A stretch of DNA of 47,926 nt. Source: an uncultured bacterium (GTDB taxonomy: Bacteria; Patescibacteriota; Patescibacteriia; UBA1558; GWA2-36-10). Made by a program: the position numbers and the translations under genes. The stretch covers positions 1 to 47,926 of the forward strand of contig CAIRBL010000087.1 of the NCBI GenBank assembly GCA_903876815.1, in the 5' to 3' direction. Positions 24,295 through 33,007 of this stretch are shown here, piece after piece (position 1 is the stretch's first letter; each line of letters starts with the position of its first letter). The notes beneath the pieces were generated by a model. The model worked only from the letters and a program-made list of their open reading frames with translations. It ran no database searches and had not been told where the DNA came from.

Positions 24295-24365
24295 AAAACC
24301 CGCCAAGATAATTTTACTAAACGCCATTTTGGCTAAAATCGTAAAATTATCTTGGCGGGTTTTTT
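24295..24365. terminator. Long bidirectional terminator hairpin
   Basis: About 20-bp stem aaaacccgccaagataatttta / taaaattatcttggcgggtttt with a 25-nt loop. Flanked by an A-run and a T-run, between convergent genes. Confidence 0.75.
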
Positions 24366-24388
24366 AATTTTGGTTCCGAGCCGAGTGG

Positions 24389-25606
24389 TTATTTAATCTT
24401 CGCAAATTTTCTTTTACCGGCTTGAATAATATCTCCAGTTTTTAAGTCTAAATCTTTTTCCCAGGAGTTTATTTTTTCTTGATTGACTTTCATGCCATTA
24501 CCTTCTATTAAGCGCTTAGCTTCATTTTTAGAAGCGACAAATTTTAAAGTAAGCAGTAAATCTACAGGGTTTATTTTTTTGCTTTGCAACTTGATTTCTA
24601 AAATATCATCAGGAATTTCTTTTTTAGCAAAAACTTTGGCAAAATTTTCTTGGGCAAGTTTGGCTTCTTTTTCTGAATGATAGATTTTTACTATTTCATA
24701 AGCTAAACGAATTTTTAAGTCACGAGGATTAGCGCCAGCTTTTAATTTCTTTTCTAAACTTTTTATTTCGTCCATACAAAGATAAGTGCAATCAATAAAG
24801 CATTGGACAATCGCTTCATCAGGTAAAGCCATAGTTTTGCCAAACATGTCAGTCGCATTTTCATCTAGTCCAATACCAGTACCTAAACTTTTACTCATCA
24901 ACTTTTCGCCAGTGACGGGATTTTCTAAGAGCGTAGTAGTGACCACAATTTTTTCTCTATTTTGATAAGCTTTTACTAAGGTTCTGCCAGCTAGCATGTT
25001 AAATGTTTGATCAGTACCGCCGATTTCCACATCAGCTTGCAAAGCTACCGAATCATAACCTTGCATCAGGGGATAAAAAAATTCATGAACGTATAAAGGC
25101 TTTTGTTCTTTAATTCTTTTTTCAAAATTATCGCGTTCAAGCATTCTTTGTACAGTAAAATGTGAGGCGAGTTCTACGGCGTCAGCAAAAGTAAGTTTAG
25201 CTAGCCATTTAGCATTAAACTCAAATTCAATCGGATTTTTTTTATCATTAAAATCTAAAATTTGACCAATTTGTTTTTTGAAAGTTTTGAGGTTTTCTTT
25301 GACTTCTTCTTTGGTCAATCTTTTGCGGGCTGAATTTTTGTCACTTGGGTCACCAATCATAGCAGTAAAGTCACCAATCAAGACAACGATTTTATGACCT
25401 AATTCATGTAGTCTTTTTAAGATAATATAGTTCGTGGCATGGCCCAAATGAGCATAAGTAGCGGTCGGGTCAATGCCCATATAAATGCGTAATTGTTTGC
25501 CAGATTTTAGTAAATCTTCAAAAGCTTTACGACTAGGGTAAATCGTATCAATAGAGCGAGTAAGGATTTCTTGTATTTTTTCCGAATTAGTGTTAATTTT
25601 TGCCAT
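24389..25606 (-). CDS. tyrS: Tyrosine--tRNA ligase
   Basis: HIGH-type motif (AHLGH), KMSKS-type motif (KLMSKS) and a C-terminal S4 domain. Confidence 0.85.
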   Translation of the reverse strand: MAKINTNSEKIQEILTRSIDTIYPSRKAFEDLLKSGKQLRIYMGIDPTATYAHLGHATNYIILKRLHELGHKIVVLIGDFTAMIGDPSDKNSARKRLTKEEVKENLKTFKKQIGQILDFNDKKNPIEFEFNAKWLAKLTFADAVELASHFTVQRMLERDNFEKRIKEQKPLYVHEFFYPLMQGYDSVALQADVEIGGTDQTFNMLAGRTLVKAYQNREKIVVTTTLLENPVTGEKLMSKSLGTGIGLDENATDMFGKTMALPDEAIVQCFIDCTYLCMDEIKSLEKKLKAGANPRDLKIRLAYEIVKIYHSEKEAKLAQENFAKVFAKKEIPDDILEIKLQSKKINPVDLLLTLKFVASKNEAKRLIEGNGMKVNQEKINSWEKDLDLKTGDIIQAGKRKFAKIK

Positions 25607-25627
25607 AATATTACTTAATTTATTATA

Positions 25628-25656
25628 TTCAAATTATAGCGTATTTCTGGTATAAT
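25628..25656 (+). promoter_or_regulatory. Promoter of the PBP gene (TTCAAA-17-TATAAT)
   Basis: -35 at 25628-25633, -10 at 25651-25656. Confidence 0.4.
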
Positions 25657-25698
25657 TCAAATACTAAGGTTTTTTAGTTATTAAATTTTTTAGACATT

Positions 25699-28620
25699 AT
25701 GTCAAGTAATTTTTCTCGTCGCAAAATAGATGAAAATTCAGCTTTTCACAAGCATCAAATATCAGATGCAAAACGTAAGCTTCCTGGGCTGGCTAAAATT
25801 AAGGTGAGAATCAAGCCAAACATTTTGACTCGTCGTTTTGATAATAATGAAAATGGCTCTTGGTGGAAAAATTTATTTAAACGTTATTGGCGAAAGCTTT
25901 TGGCAGCTTTTTTCATTGGCGGCATTTTATTTGTTATTTTAGTTGCTTGGTATTCTCGAGATTTGCCTGATCCTTATAAGATTATGGACAGATCAGTGCA
26001 GTTATCTACTAAAATTTATGATCGTACTGGCGAAGTTTTGCTTTATGAATTAAGTGGTCCAGAAAAAAGAACTTTAATTAATATCAAAGACATTCCTGAG
26101 TATGCGGTCAATGCTACGATTGCTGTTGAGGACAAAAATTTTTATAAACACGGCGGCATTTCTTTGTGGGGAATCTTACGTGGACAGATTGTCCCTAGAT
26201 TACAAGGTAAGCGTGCCCAAGGTGGCTCAACTTTGACTCAACAATTTGTGAAGAATGCTATTTTGACAAATGAAAGAGCGCTCTCAAGAAAAATTAAAGA
26301 GTGGGTCTTATCTTATCGTTTAGAACAAAAGTTTTCTAAAGAAGAAATTTTACAACTTTATTTTAATGAAATTCCTTATGGCTCATCAGCCTATGGCATT
26401 GAATCAGCAGCTTGGTATTATTTTGATAAAGCCGCTAAAGATTTAAGCCTAGCTGAAAGCGCTATTTTAGCAGCCTTGCCACAAGCACCATCTTATTATT
26501 CTCCTTATGGTAGTAATTTTGATGCCTTAATTGCTCGTCAACACACAGTTTTAGATTTGATGCTTGATCAGGGTTATATAAATCAAGAAGAAGCAGACAA
26601 TGCAAAAAAAGAAGAATTAAAATTTAAAAAGCGAGCAGAAAATATTAAGGCTCCACATTTTGTGATGTACATTCGTCAACTTTTGGGTGAAGAATATGGT
26701 GATACAGTGATTGAACAAAGTGGCTGGAAGATTATCACCACTATTGATTGGAAGGCCCAAGAAGAAGCTGAAAAATTAGTGACTGAGCAAGCAGAGAAAA
26801 ATACCGCCTACGGCGCTCAAAACGCTGCCCTAGTGGCTTTAGATGTAGAAAATAGCGAGATATTGGCTATGGTTGGCTCTAAGGATTATTTCAATGATGA
26901 GGTAGATGGGCAGTTTAATGTGGCTCTAGCGCCTCGTCAGCCAGGCAGCTCACTTAAGCCTTTAGTTTATCTGACAGCTTTCAATAAAGGCTTTAGACCA
27001 GATACTATGCTATTTGATTTAAAAACTAACTTTGCTGCTTCAGGCAAGCCTTATGAACCACAAAATTATAATTTGCAAGAGCATGGTCCGGTAACTATGC
27101 GCCAAGCTTTGGCTGGTTCTTTAAATATTCCCGCTGTCAAAACTTTGTATTTGGCCGGTATGGACAATGTTTTAGAGTTAGCTAAAAACTTTGGTTATAC
27201 TACCTTGACCGATAAAGATCGCTACGGCTTATCTTTAGTCTTGGGCGGTGGTGAAGTGAAGCTTTTGGAGCATACCAATGCCTACGCTAGCTTTGCTCGT
27301 GAGGGTGTTGCCAAAGACACGGTAGCTATTTTGAAAATTGAAGATAGCAAAGGCAAGGTGATTAAGGAGAACAAAGAGAATAAGGGCAGACGCGTTTTAG
27401 AAAAAGAACCCGTCAGATTATTAAATGGGGTATTATCTGATAATTCTGCTCGAGCTTTTGTTTTTGGTGAAAATAATTATTTAACCTTGCCAGATAGACA
27501 AGTGGCAGCAAAAACCGGTACAACTAATGATTATCATGATGCTTGGACTATGGGTTTCACGCCACAAATAGCTGTCGGTGTTTGGGTGGGCAACAATGAC
27601 AATACAGCGATGTCTAGTGGAGCGGACGGCTCACAAATAGCTGCTCCAATTTGGCAAAAGATGATGAAGTTTTTACATCAAGACAAGGCTGTTGAAGGAT
27701 TTAAAGCAGGTGAATTATCTGCTTGTGATAAGCCTATGTTGTGCGGTAAAACCGCGGCTGAGCAGATTGTCAAAATAGATAAAGTGTCGGGCAAACTCGC
27801 TACTGAGTATACGCCTTATACCCAAATTGAAGAAAGAAAATATATGCAAGTACATAGTATCTTGCACTTTGTGGATAAAAACAATCCCAGTGGCGATCAG
27901 CCTAGCGACCCAAGTAGTGATCCGCAGTATGCTTTATGGGAAGCGCCTATTAAAGCTTGGGCAGAAAAAGAAAATTATTTGATAGATTCCCCGCCAACTG
28001 AGTATGATGATGTTCATTTATCAGAAAATCGTCCTAGTATCAATCTTGTCAGGCCAAATAATAATCAAAATATTAGTAACAATGTTTTAGAAATAGAGGT
28101 AGAAGCTTCGGGGCCACGGGGAGTCAGTAGAGTTGAATATTTTGTCGATGGTGATTTTGTTGGTCAGAGTCATCAGGCGCCATTTTCTTTGAACTATGAT
28201 ATTAATCCACTTATAAAAAATGGCCCACATGTTTTAAAAGCTATGGCTTTTGATGATTTGGAAAATTGGCAAGAGAGTAGTCGCAGTTTTTCTTTAGAAT
28301 TAGATAACTCTGCTCGAGCTTTTAATGTGTCTTGGCTTGAGCCTAGCGATGGTAGTAATTTAAGTTTAACTGACTTGCCTTTGAATACAAAATTAGCTAT
28401 TAGTAGGCCAGAAAATATTCAAAAAATAGATTTTTATTATTTAGATCCAGATAATGCGGCTAAGTGGTTTGCTTTTATGCCAAATCCAGGCGCAGAAGTT
28501 GTGCAGACTTGGGGTAATAATATTACCAAAACCGGTACTTATAAATTATATCTCATTATCACAGATAATAGTGGTAAAACATTTAATTCCCCACCACTTG
28601 TGGTCAATATTAGCGAATAA
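25699..28620 (+). CDS. Class A penicillin-binding protein (transglycosylase/transpeptidase) with a C-terminal Ig-like extension
   Basis: GT51 motifs EDKNFYKHGG and RKIKE. Transpeptidase motifs SSLKP (SxxK), SLN and KTGTT. N-terminal TM helix. About 200 extra C-terminal residues. Confidence 0.85.
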   Translation: MSSNFSRRKIDENSAFHKHQISDAKRKLPGLAKIKVRIKPNILTRRFDNNENGSWWKNLFKRYWRKLLAAFFIGGILFVILVAWYSRDLPDPYKIMDRSVQLSTKIYDRTGEVLLYELSGPEKRTLINIKDIPEYAVNATIAVEDKNFYKHGGISLWGILRGQIVPRLQGKRAQGGSTLTQQFVKNAILTNERALSRKIKEWVLSYRLEQKFSKEEILQLYFNEIPYGSSAYGIESAAWYYFDKAAKDLSLAESAILAALPQAPSYYSPYGSNFDALIARQHTVLDLMLDQGYINQEEADNAKKEELKFKKRAENIKAPHFVMYIRQLLGEEYGDTVIEQSGWKIITTIDWKAQEEAEKLVTEQAEKNTAYGAQNAALVALDVENSEILAMVGSKDYFNDEVDGQFNVALAPRQPGSSLKPLVYLTAFNKGFRPDTMLFDLKTNFAASGKPYEPQNYNLQEHGPVTMRQALAGSLNIPAVKTLYLAGMDNVLELAKNFGYTTLTDKDRYGLSLVLGGGEVKLLEHTNAYASFAREGVAKDTVAILKIEDSKGKVIKENKENKGRRVLEKEPVRLLNGVLSDNSARAFVFGENNYLTLPDRQVAAKTGTTNDYHDAWTMGFTPQIAVGVWVGNNDNTAMSSGADGSQIAAPIWQKMMKFLHQDKAVEGFKAGELSACDKPMLCGKTAAEQIVKIDKVSGKLATEYTPYTQIEERKYMQVHSILHFVDKNNPSGDQPSDPSSDPQYALWEAPIKAWAEKENYLIDSPPTEYDDVHLSENRPSINLVRPNNNQNISNNVLEIEVEASGPRGVSRVEYFVDGDFVGQSHQAPFSLNYDINPLIKNGPHVLKAMAFDDLENWQESSRSFSLELDNSARAFNVSWLEPSDGSNLSLTDLPLNTKLAISRPENIQKIDFYYLDPDNAAKWFAFMPNPGAEVVQTWGNNITKTGTYKLYLIITDNSGKTFNSPPLVVNISE

Positions 28621-28623
28621 TAA

Positions 28624-28646
28624 ATACCCTCAAAGAGGGTATTTTT
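28624..28646 (+). terminator. Rho-independent terminator
   Basis: ataccctc-aaa-gagggtat followed by TTTTT. Confidence 0.75.
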
Positions 28647-28664
28647 CTCAGTGGTTATTTTACG

Positions 28665-28693
28665 TTGATTTTAAAAGGTTTTTTTGTTAGAAT
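28665..28693 (+). promoter_or_regulatory. uvrB promoter (TTGATT-17-TAGAAT), near-leaderless
   Basis: The -10 ends at 28693 and the ATG is at 28702 (8-nt spacer). No SD. Confidence 0.5.
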
Positions 28694-28701
28694 TGTTTTT
28701 T

Positions 28702-30666
28702 ATGGATTTTCAATTACAAGCACAATTTCAACCAGCTGGAGATCAAGCCCGAGCCATCGAAAAACTTTATCAAGGTTTAAAAGCTGGTTATAAAGAACAA
28801 ACATTATTGGGAGTGACTGGTTCCGGTAAGACTTTTACTATGGCCAATATTATAGCTAAAGTAAATAAACCCACACTTGTTATTTCTCATAATAAAACCT
28901 TGGCTGCCCAACTAGCTTCTGAATTTCAAGATTTTTTTCCTAATAATGCCGTGCATTATTTTGTGTCTTATTATGATTACTATCAGCCAGAAGCCTATCT
29001 GCCAGCAAGTGATACTTATATTGAAAAAGAAACACAAATTAATGAAGAGATTGATCGCCTAAGGCACGTTTCTACACAAAGTTTAATCACGCGCTCAGAT
29101 GTTTTGATTGTTGCTTCTGTGTCTTGCATTTATAATTTGGGTAGCCCACTAGAGTATCAAAATTATAAATTAACTTTGAGCATTAATAATATTTATAATC
29201 GTTTACAGATTTTAAAGCACCTAAATGATTTACAATATCAACGTAATGATGTGAATTTGGTTCGCTCCAGCTATACAGTCAAAGGTGAGTTGGTGGAAAT
29301 TTTTGCCTCTGGTCAAGAAGACGAATTTTATCGTTTAGTTTTTTTTGGTGACACCCTTGAAGCCATCGAATTGATTGATTTATTTAATCGGCAAGTAAAA
29401 AGTAGATTGCAACAAGTAGAAATTTTTCCGGCTAAACACTTTATGACCAATAAAGATGATTTGCAAACTACTCTCAAAAATATTAGAGAAGATTTGCAAA
29501 AAGAAGTAGCTCATTTTCAATCACTAGGGCAAATAGTTGAGGCGCAGAGACTTGATACTAGAGTGAGACATGATTTAGAAATGATTGAAGCCACTGGCTA
29601 TTGTAACGGTATTGAAAATTATTCACGTTATTTTTCTAAAAGAAATATTGGTGACCCGCCTATTAGTTTGCTAGATTATTTCCCTGAAGATTTTTTGCTT
29701 TTTATCGATGAGTCGCACATGACTATTCCGCAAATCAGAGGAATGTACATGGGTGATCAAGCGCGTAAGAAAAACTTAGTTGATTTTGGTTTTCGGCTTG
29801 AAGCTGCTTTTGATAATCGTCCTTTAAAGTTTGCTGAATTTAGTAAATATTTAAAACAAGTAGTTTATGTTTCAGCTACACCAGCTGATTATGAGCTAGA
29901 ACACTCTAAAGCAGTGGTAGAGCAATTAATTAGACCCACTTTTATTTTAGATCCAGTGGTGGAAGTCAGGCCCACCAAGGGTCAGCTTGATGATTTGAGT
30001 AAAGAGGTGGCAGCTGTGGTTGCCAAAGGCCAGAGAGCTTTAATTACAGTTTTGACCAAACGTTTAGCTGAAGATCTGACAGAAATTTTACAAGAAAAAG
30101 GTGTTAAGGTTCAATACTTACATTCAGAGGTAAAAACTTTGGATCGCATTCAAATTTTACAAGACTTGCGCTCGGGTAAATATGATGTTTTGGTAGGAGT
30201 GAATTTATTGCGCGAAGGTTTGGATTTACCGGAAGTGTCTTTGGTGGTGATTTTAGATGCAGACAAAGAAGGCTTTTTGCGTTCCAAATCAGCTTTTATT
30301 CAGGTCATGGGTAGGGCAGCTCGTCATCAAGATGGCAGGGTGATTATGTATGCTGATAAAATGACCGGCTCCATGGACATAGCCATTGCCGAAACTCAAC
30401 GTCGCCGTACTTTACAAGAAAGGTATAATATAGACAATAAAGTTACACCACAATCTATTAATAAAAAAATTAAAGAAAAATCTCTAAGAGAATTAGATAA
30501 AGATAAAACTTTTTCAGATAGTCTGGAATTATTAGACAATAAAGCTCTCAGACTTTTGAGCCAGGAATTAGAAGAGAAAATGCAGTTGGCCGCTGAAAAT
30601 TGGCAGTTTGAGCAGGCGATACTTTATCGAGATCAGCTAGCAGAATTAAATAAAAAATTAAAATGA
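28702..30666 (+). CDS. uvrB: Excinuclease ABC subunit B
   Basis: Walker A GVTGSGKT, helicase motifs and a C-terminal UVR domain. ATG at 28702 is preferred over the TTG at 28684. Confidence 0.9.
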   Translation: MDFQLQAQFQPAGDQARAIEKLYQGLKAGYKEQTLLGVTGSGKTFTMANIIAKVNKPTLVISHNKTLAAQLASEFQDFFPNNAVHYFVSYYDYYQPEAYLPASDTYIEKETQINEEIDRLRHVSTQSLITRSDVLIVASVSCIYNLGSPLEYQNYKLTLSINNIYNRLQILKHLNDLQYQRNDVNLVRSSYTVKGELVEIFASGQEDEFYRLVFFGDTLEAIELIDLFNRQVKSRLQQVEIFPAKHFMTNKDDLQTTLKNIREDLQKEVAHFQSLGQIVEAQRLDTRVRHDLEMIEATGYCNGIENYSRYFSKRNIGDPPISLLDYFPEDFLLFIDESHMTIPQIRGMYMGDQARKKNLVDFGFRLEAAFDNRPLKFAEFSKYLKQVVYVSATPADYELEHSKAVVEQLIRPTFILDPVVEVRPTKGQLDDLSKEVAAVVAKGQRALITVLTKRLAEDLTEILQEKGVKVQYLHSEVKTLDRIQILQDLRSGKYDVLVGVNLLREGLDLPEVSLVVILDADKEGFLRSKSAFIQVMGRAARHQDGRVIMYADKMTGSMDIAIAETQRRRTLQERYNIDNKVTPQSINKKIKEKSLRELDKDKTFSDSLELLDNKALRLLSQELEEKMQLAAENWQFEQAILYRDQLAELNKKLK

Positions 30667-31421
30667 TCAAAGCTTTTAGCGACAAACAAATAGCAAGTAT
30701 TGTAGCTGATCCGGCAGCTGCTGTATATTTGTTAGACAAACCACGAGGTGTTAATTCTTTTCAAGCAATTTCTACTTTAAGAAAATTATTAAACCAACAA
30801 AAAGTTGGCTTTTCTGGAACACTCGATCCACTGGCTTCTGGTTTACTCATTGTTTCTACAGGAAAGGCCACAAAAATTTTAGACGCTTTTCACACCTTAA
30901 CAAAAACTTACCAAGCAGAAATTTTATTTGGTGTCCGTTCTATTACTTTTGATTTAGAAGGAGAGCTTATCAAAAATGAACAGGCCAAAATTTTTACTCA
31001 GGATGATTTAGAAGATGTGTTGCAAAATTTTTTTGGCAAACAGTTACAAACAGTCCCAGCATATTCTGCTGTCAAAGTCGGTGGTCAAAAATTACACAAG
31101 CTAGCTCGTAAAGGTAAGTTTGTAGATTTACCAAAAAAGGAAATAGAAATTTTTTCTTTGGAGATTAAAAAATTTGCCTACCCGAATTTATTTTTAGAAG
31201 TTCAAGTTTCAGCTGGCACCTATATTCGTAGCTTAGCGCATGATTTGGGTGAGGCTTTGGGGACAGGAGCAGTGTTAGCAAATTTAAGACGTACAAAGAT
31301 CGGGCACTTTAGTGTTGAGCAAGCAGTTAGTTTGGCAGATTTAAGTTTAGAGTCATTAAAAGCTGGTCGTTTAGATTTGGCAGATGTTATACAGTATCTA
31401 AATCAACATCTTGGCCAGTAA
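30663..31421 (+). CDS. truB: tRNA pseudouridine(55) synthase
   Basis: GFSGTLDPLASGLL catalytic Asp motif. ATGA overlap with uvrB. Confidence 0.85.
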   Translation: MIKAFSDKQIASIVADPAAAVYLLDKPRGVNSFQAISTLRKLLNQQKVGFSGTLDPLASGLLIVSTGKATKILDAFHTLTKTYQAEILFGVRSITFDLEGELIKNEQAKIFTQDDLEDVLQNFFGKQLQTVPAYSAVKVGGQKLHKLARKGKFVDLPKKEIEIFSLEIKKFAYPNLFLEVQVSAGTYIRSLAHDLGEALGTGAVLANLRRTKIGHFSVEQAVSLADLSLESLKAGRLDLADVIQYLNQHLGQ

Positions 31422-31638
31422 CTTCTTTCGTAAAACGTTCTACATAAAAATCTGAAAAATGAGTTTGTTTCATTTTTCTACAAAATTCAGTTATAGGCAT
31501 TTGATGTTCGCCCATTTTACCTAATTTAGCCTCATATTGTTCATTAAATTTTCTGGTGCTGGAAATAGCATCAGTTGAACGATAAAGCTTTTCTAAAATT
31601 AGCTGTTGTTCTTGCCAGGAGATATAGTACATGTTCAT
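31387..31638 (-). CDS. Hypothetical 83-aa protein
   Basis: An ATG-initiated ORF fills the truB-rpsT gap and overlaps the truB 3' end by 35 nt. No motif recognised. Confidence 0.35.
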   Translation of the reverse strand: MNMYYISWQEQQLILEKLYRSTDAISSTRKFNEQYEAKLGKMGEHQMPITEFCRKMKQTHFSDFYVERFTKEVTGQDVDLDTV

Positions 31639-31660
31639 ATTTTTGTTGATATTTTAGTCA

Positions 31661-31689
31661 TTGACAACTTATCATCTTTATGTTAATAT
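31661..31689 (+). promoter_or_regulatory. rpsT promoter (TTGACA-17-TAATAT)
   Basis: -35 at 31661-31666, 17-nt spacer, -10 at 31684-31689. Confidence 0.6.
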
Positions 31690-31738
31690 GAGACTACTTT
31701 AAGTCCCATAATTATAATTTTAAAGGAAAAAAGAGTTT

Positions 31739-32026
31739 ATGCCAAATAAGAAATCCGCAATCAAAGATTTGCGTAAAAATTTAAAACGTCAATTAGCCAA
31801 CAATTTAGTTAAACGTAATATTAAAGAGTTGGTCAAACAAGGCAAAAAAGCCGTGACCGAAGGCACAGTAGAAGCCAAGGCTAAAGAATTAGCTCATAGT
31901 TTGCAAAAAGCCGTTGATAAAGCTGTGAACGCTGGTGTTTTGAAAGCTAACACTGGTAATCGTCGCAAATCACGCTTTATGAAAATGTTAAAAAATTCTC
32001 CTGCCACTAAAGCAGACAAAAAATAA
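31739..32026 (+). CDS. rpsT: 30S ribosomal protein S20
   Basis: MPNKKSAIKDLRKNLKR... basic helical protein of 95 aa. Confidence 0.85.
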   Translation: MPNKKSAIKDLRKNLKRQLANNLVKRNIKELVKQGKKAVTEGTVEAKAKELAHSLQKAVDKAVNAGVLKANTGNRRKSRFMKMLKNSPATKADKK

Positions 32027-32031
32027 ATTAT

Positions 32032-32055
32032 AAAATCCCGTTTAGACGGGATTTT
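32032..32055. terminator. Bidirectional terminator
   Basis: aaaatcccgt-ttag-acgggatttt. It overlaps the holA stop codon. Confidence 0.75.
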
Positions 32056-33007
32056 ATAATTGGTTAATCATTTGCATAAAGAAGATTTTTTCCTTAGGGG
32101 CCTCTCTTTTTAATTTGCCATCTAAATTCAAGAGTAGTTGGTATATTTTTTTTAGCTCAGCTAAAGTGTAGAGCCTACTTTGCTCCAATGTTTTTTTGGC
32201 TACAAAAGGGTGTAGTTTTAAAGCTTGCGCTACCGCAAATGAGTTGTCTATTTTTTCGCTAAATAATTTTACTTTAATTAAGATTCTGAATTGCCTGACC
32301 ATCATTGATAAGATATAAAGAGAGTTAACGCCGCTATCTAATTGCTTTTCTAAAAGTTCTAAGGCAAGAGGTTTGTTTTTTTTGCCAATTGCATCAACTA
32401 GATTAAAAATGTTATCATCAGTTTTTGCTTGTACAATAGTCTTGATATCTTCAAGGCTGATTTCTGGGCTCTGACTAAAATTTACTAGTTTATTTATCTC
32501 TTGAGATAGTTGCCACAGGTCTTCGCCAACATAGCTTAATAAGGTCATAATGGCTTGGTTGCTGATTTGTTTGTGATATTTTTCTACTTCTTTTTTAATC
32601 CAAGTATTGATTTTTTCAGCCGCTAATTTTTCAAATTCTTCGACGTATTTAAAATTTTTTAAAGCTTTATAAAGTTTATTTTTAGGATTTGGCTTACCTA
32701 CTTGCCAAAAGATCAGATAATTTTCTTCAATAGTATCTTTTTGCTTAGCTAGATATGCAATTAAAGCGTCTTCTAAATTTTTAATATTTTTATTATCAAA
32801 AATATTTTTGATAATAATCAATTTTTTACTAGTAAAAAAACCACTCGATTCAACAGCTTTAAAAAAGTCAGTTAGAGTTGCAGTTTCGCCATCAATATTT
32901 TCTAAACTATGACCATCATGGTCAACGGCGGTTTTGAATTTTTCCTTGATAGCATCTATTTTATTTTTAGCGCGAAATGAGTCTTCGCCGTAAAAGAAAA
33001 AAATCAT
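32054..33007 (-). CDS. holA: DNA polymerase III delta subunit
   Basis: FFFYGEDSF N-terminus and a HolA-like length and helical C-terminal domain. ATGA overlap with polA. Confidence 0.7.
   Translation of the reverse strand: MIFFFYGEDSFRAKNKIDAIKEKFKTAVDHDGHSLENIDGETATLTDFFKAVESSGFFTSKKLIIIKNIFDNKNIKNLEDALIAYLAKQKDTIEENYLIFWQVGKPNPKNKLYKALKNFKYVEEFEKLAAEKINTWIKKEVEKYHKQISNQAIMTLLSYVGEDLWQLSQEINKLVNFSQSPEISLEDIKTIVQAKTDDNIFNLVDAIGKKNKPLALELLEKQLDSGVNSLYILSMMVRQFRILIKVKLFSEKIDNSFAVAQALKLHPFVAKKTLEQSRLYTLAELKKIYQLLLNLDGKLKREAPKEKIFFMQMINQL

Noticed and set aside
25607-25698. T-box or other leader riboswitch upstream of tyrS
   Set aside because: The whole divergent intergenic region is only 92 nt and also holds the PBP promoter. 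That is far too short for a T-box (~200+ nt), and no specifier/terminator architecture is visible.
28454-28690. 78-aa plus-strand ORF spanning the end of the PBP gene and its terminator
   Set aside because: It is an alternative frame of the PBP 3' end that runs through the terminator hairpin and the uvrB promoter. It has no independent support.
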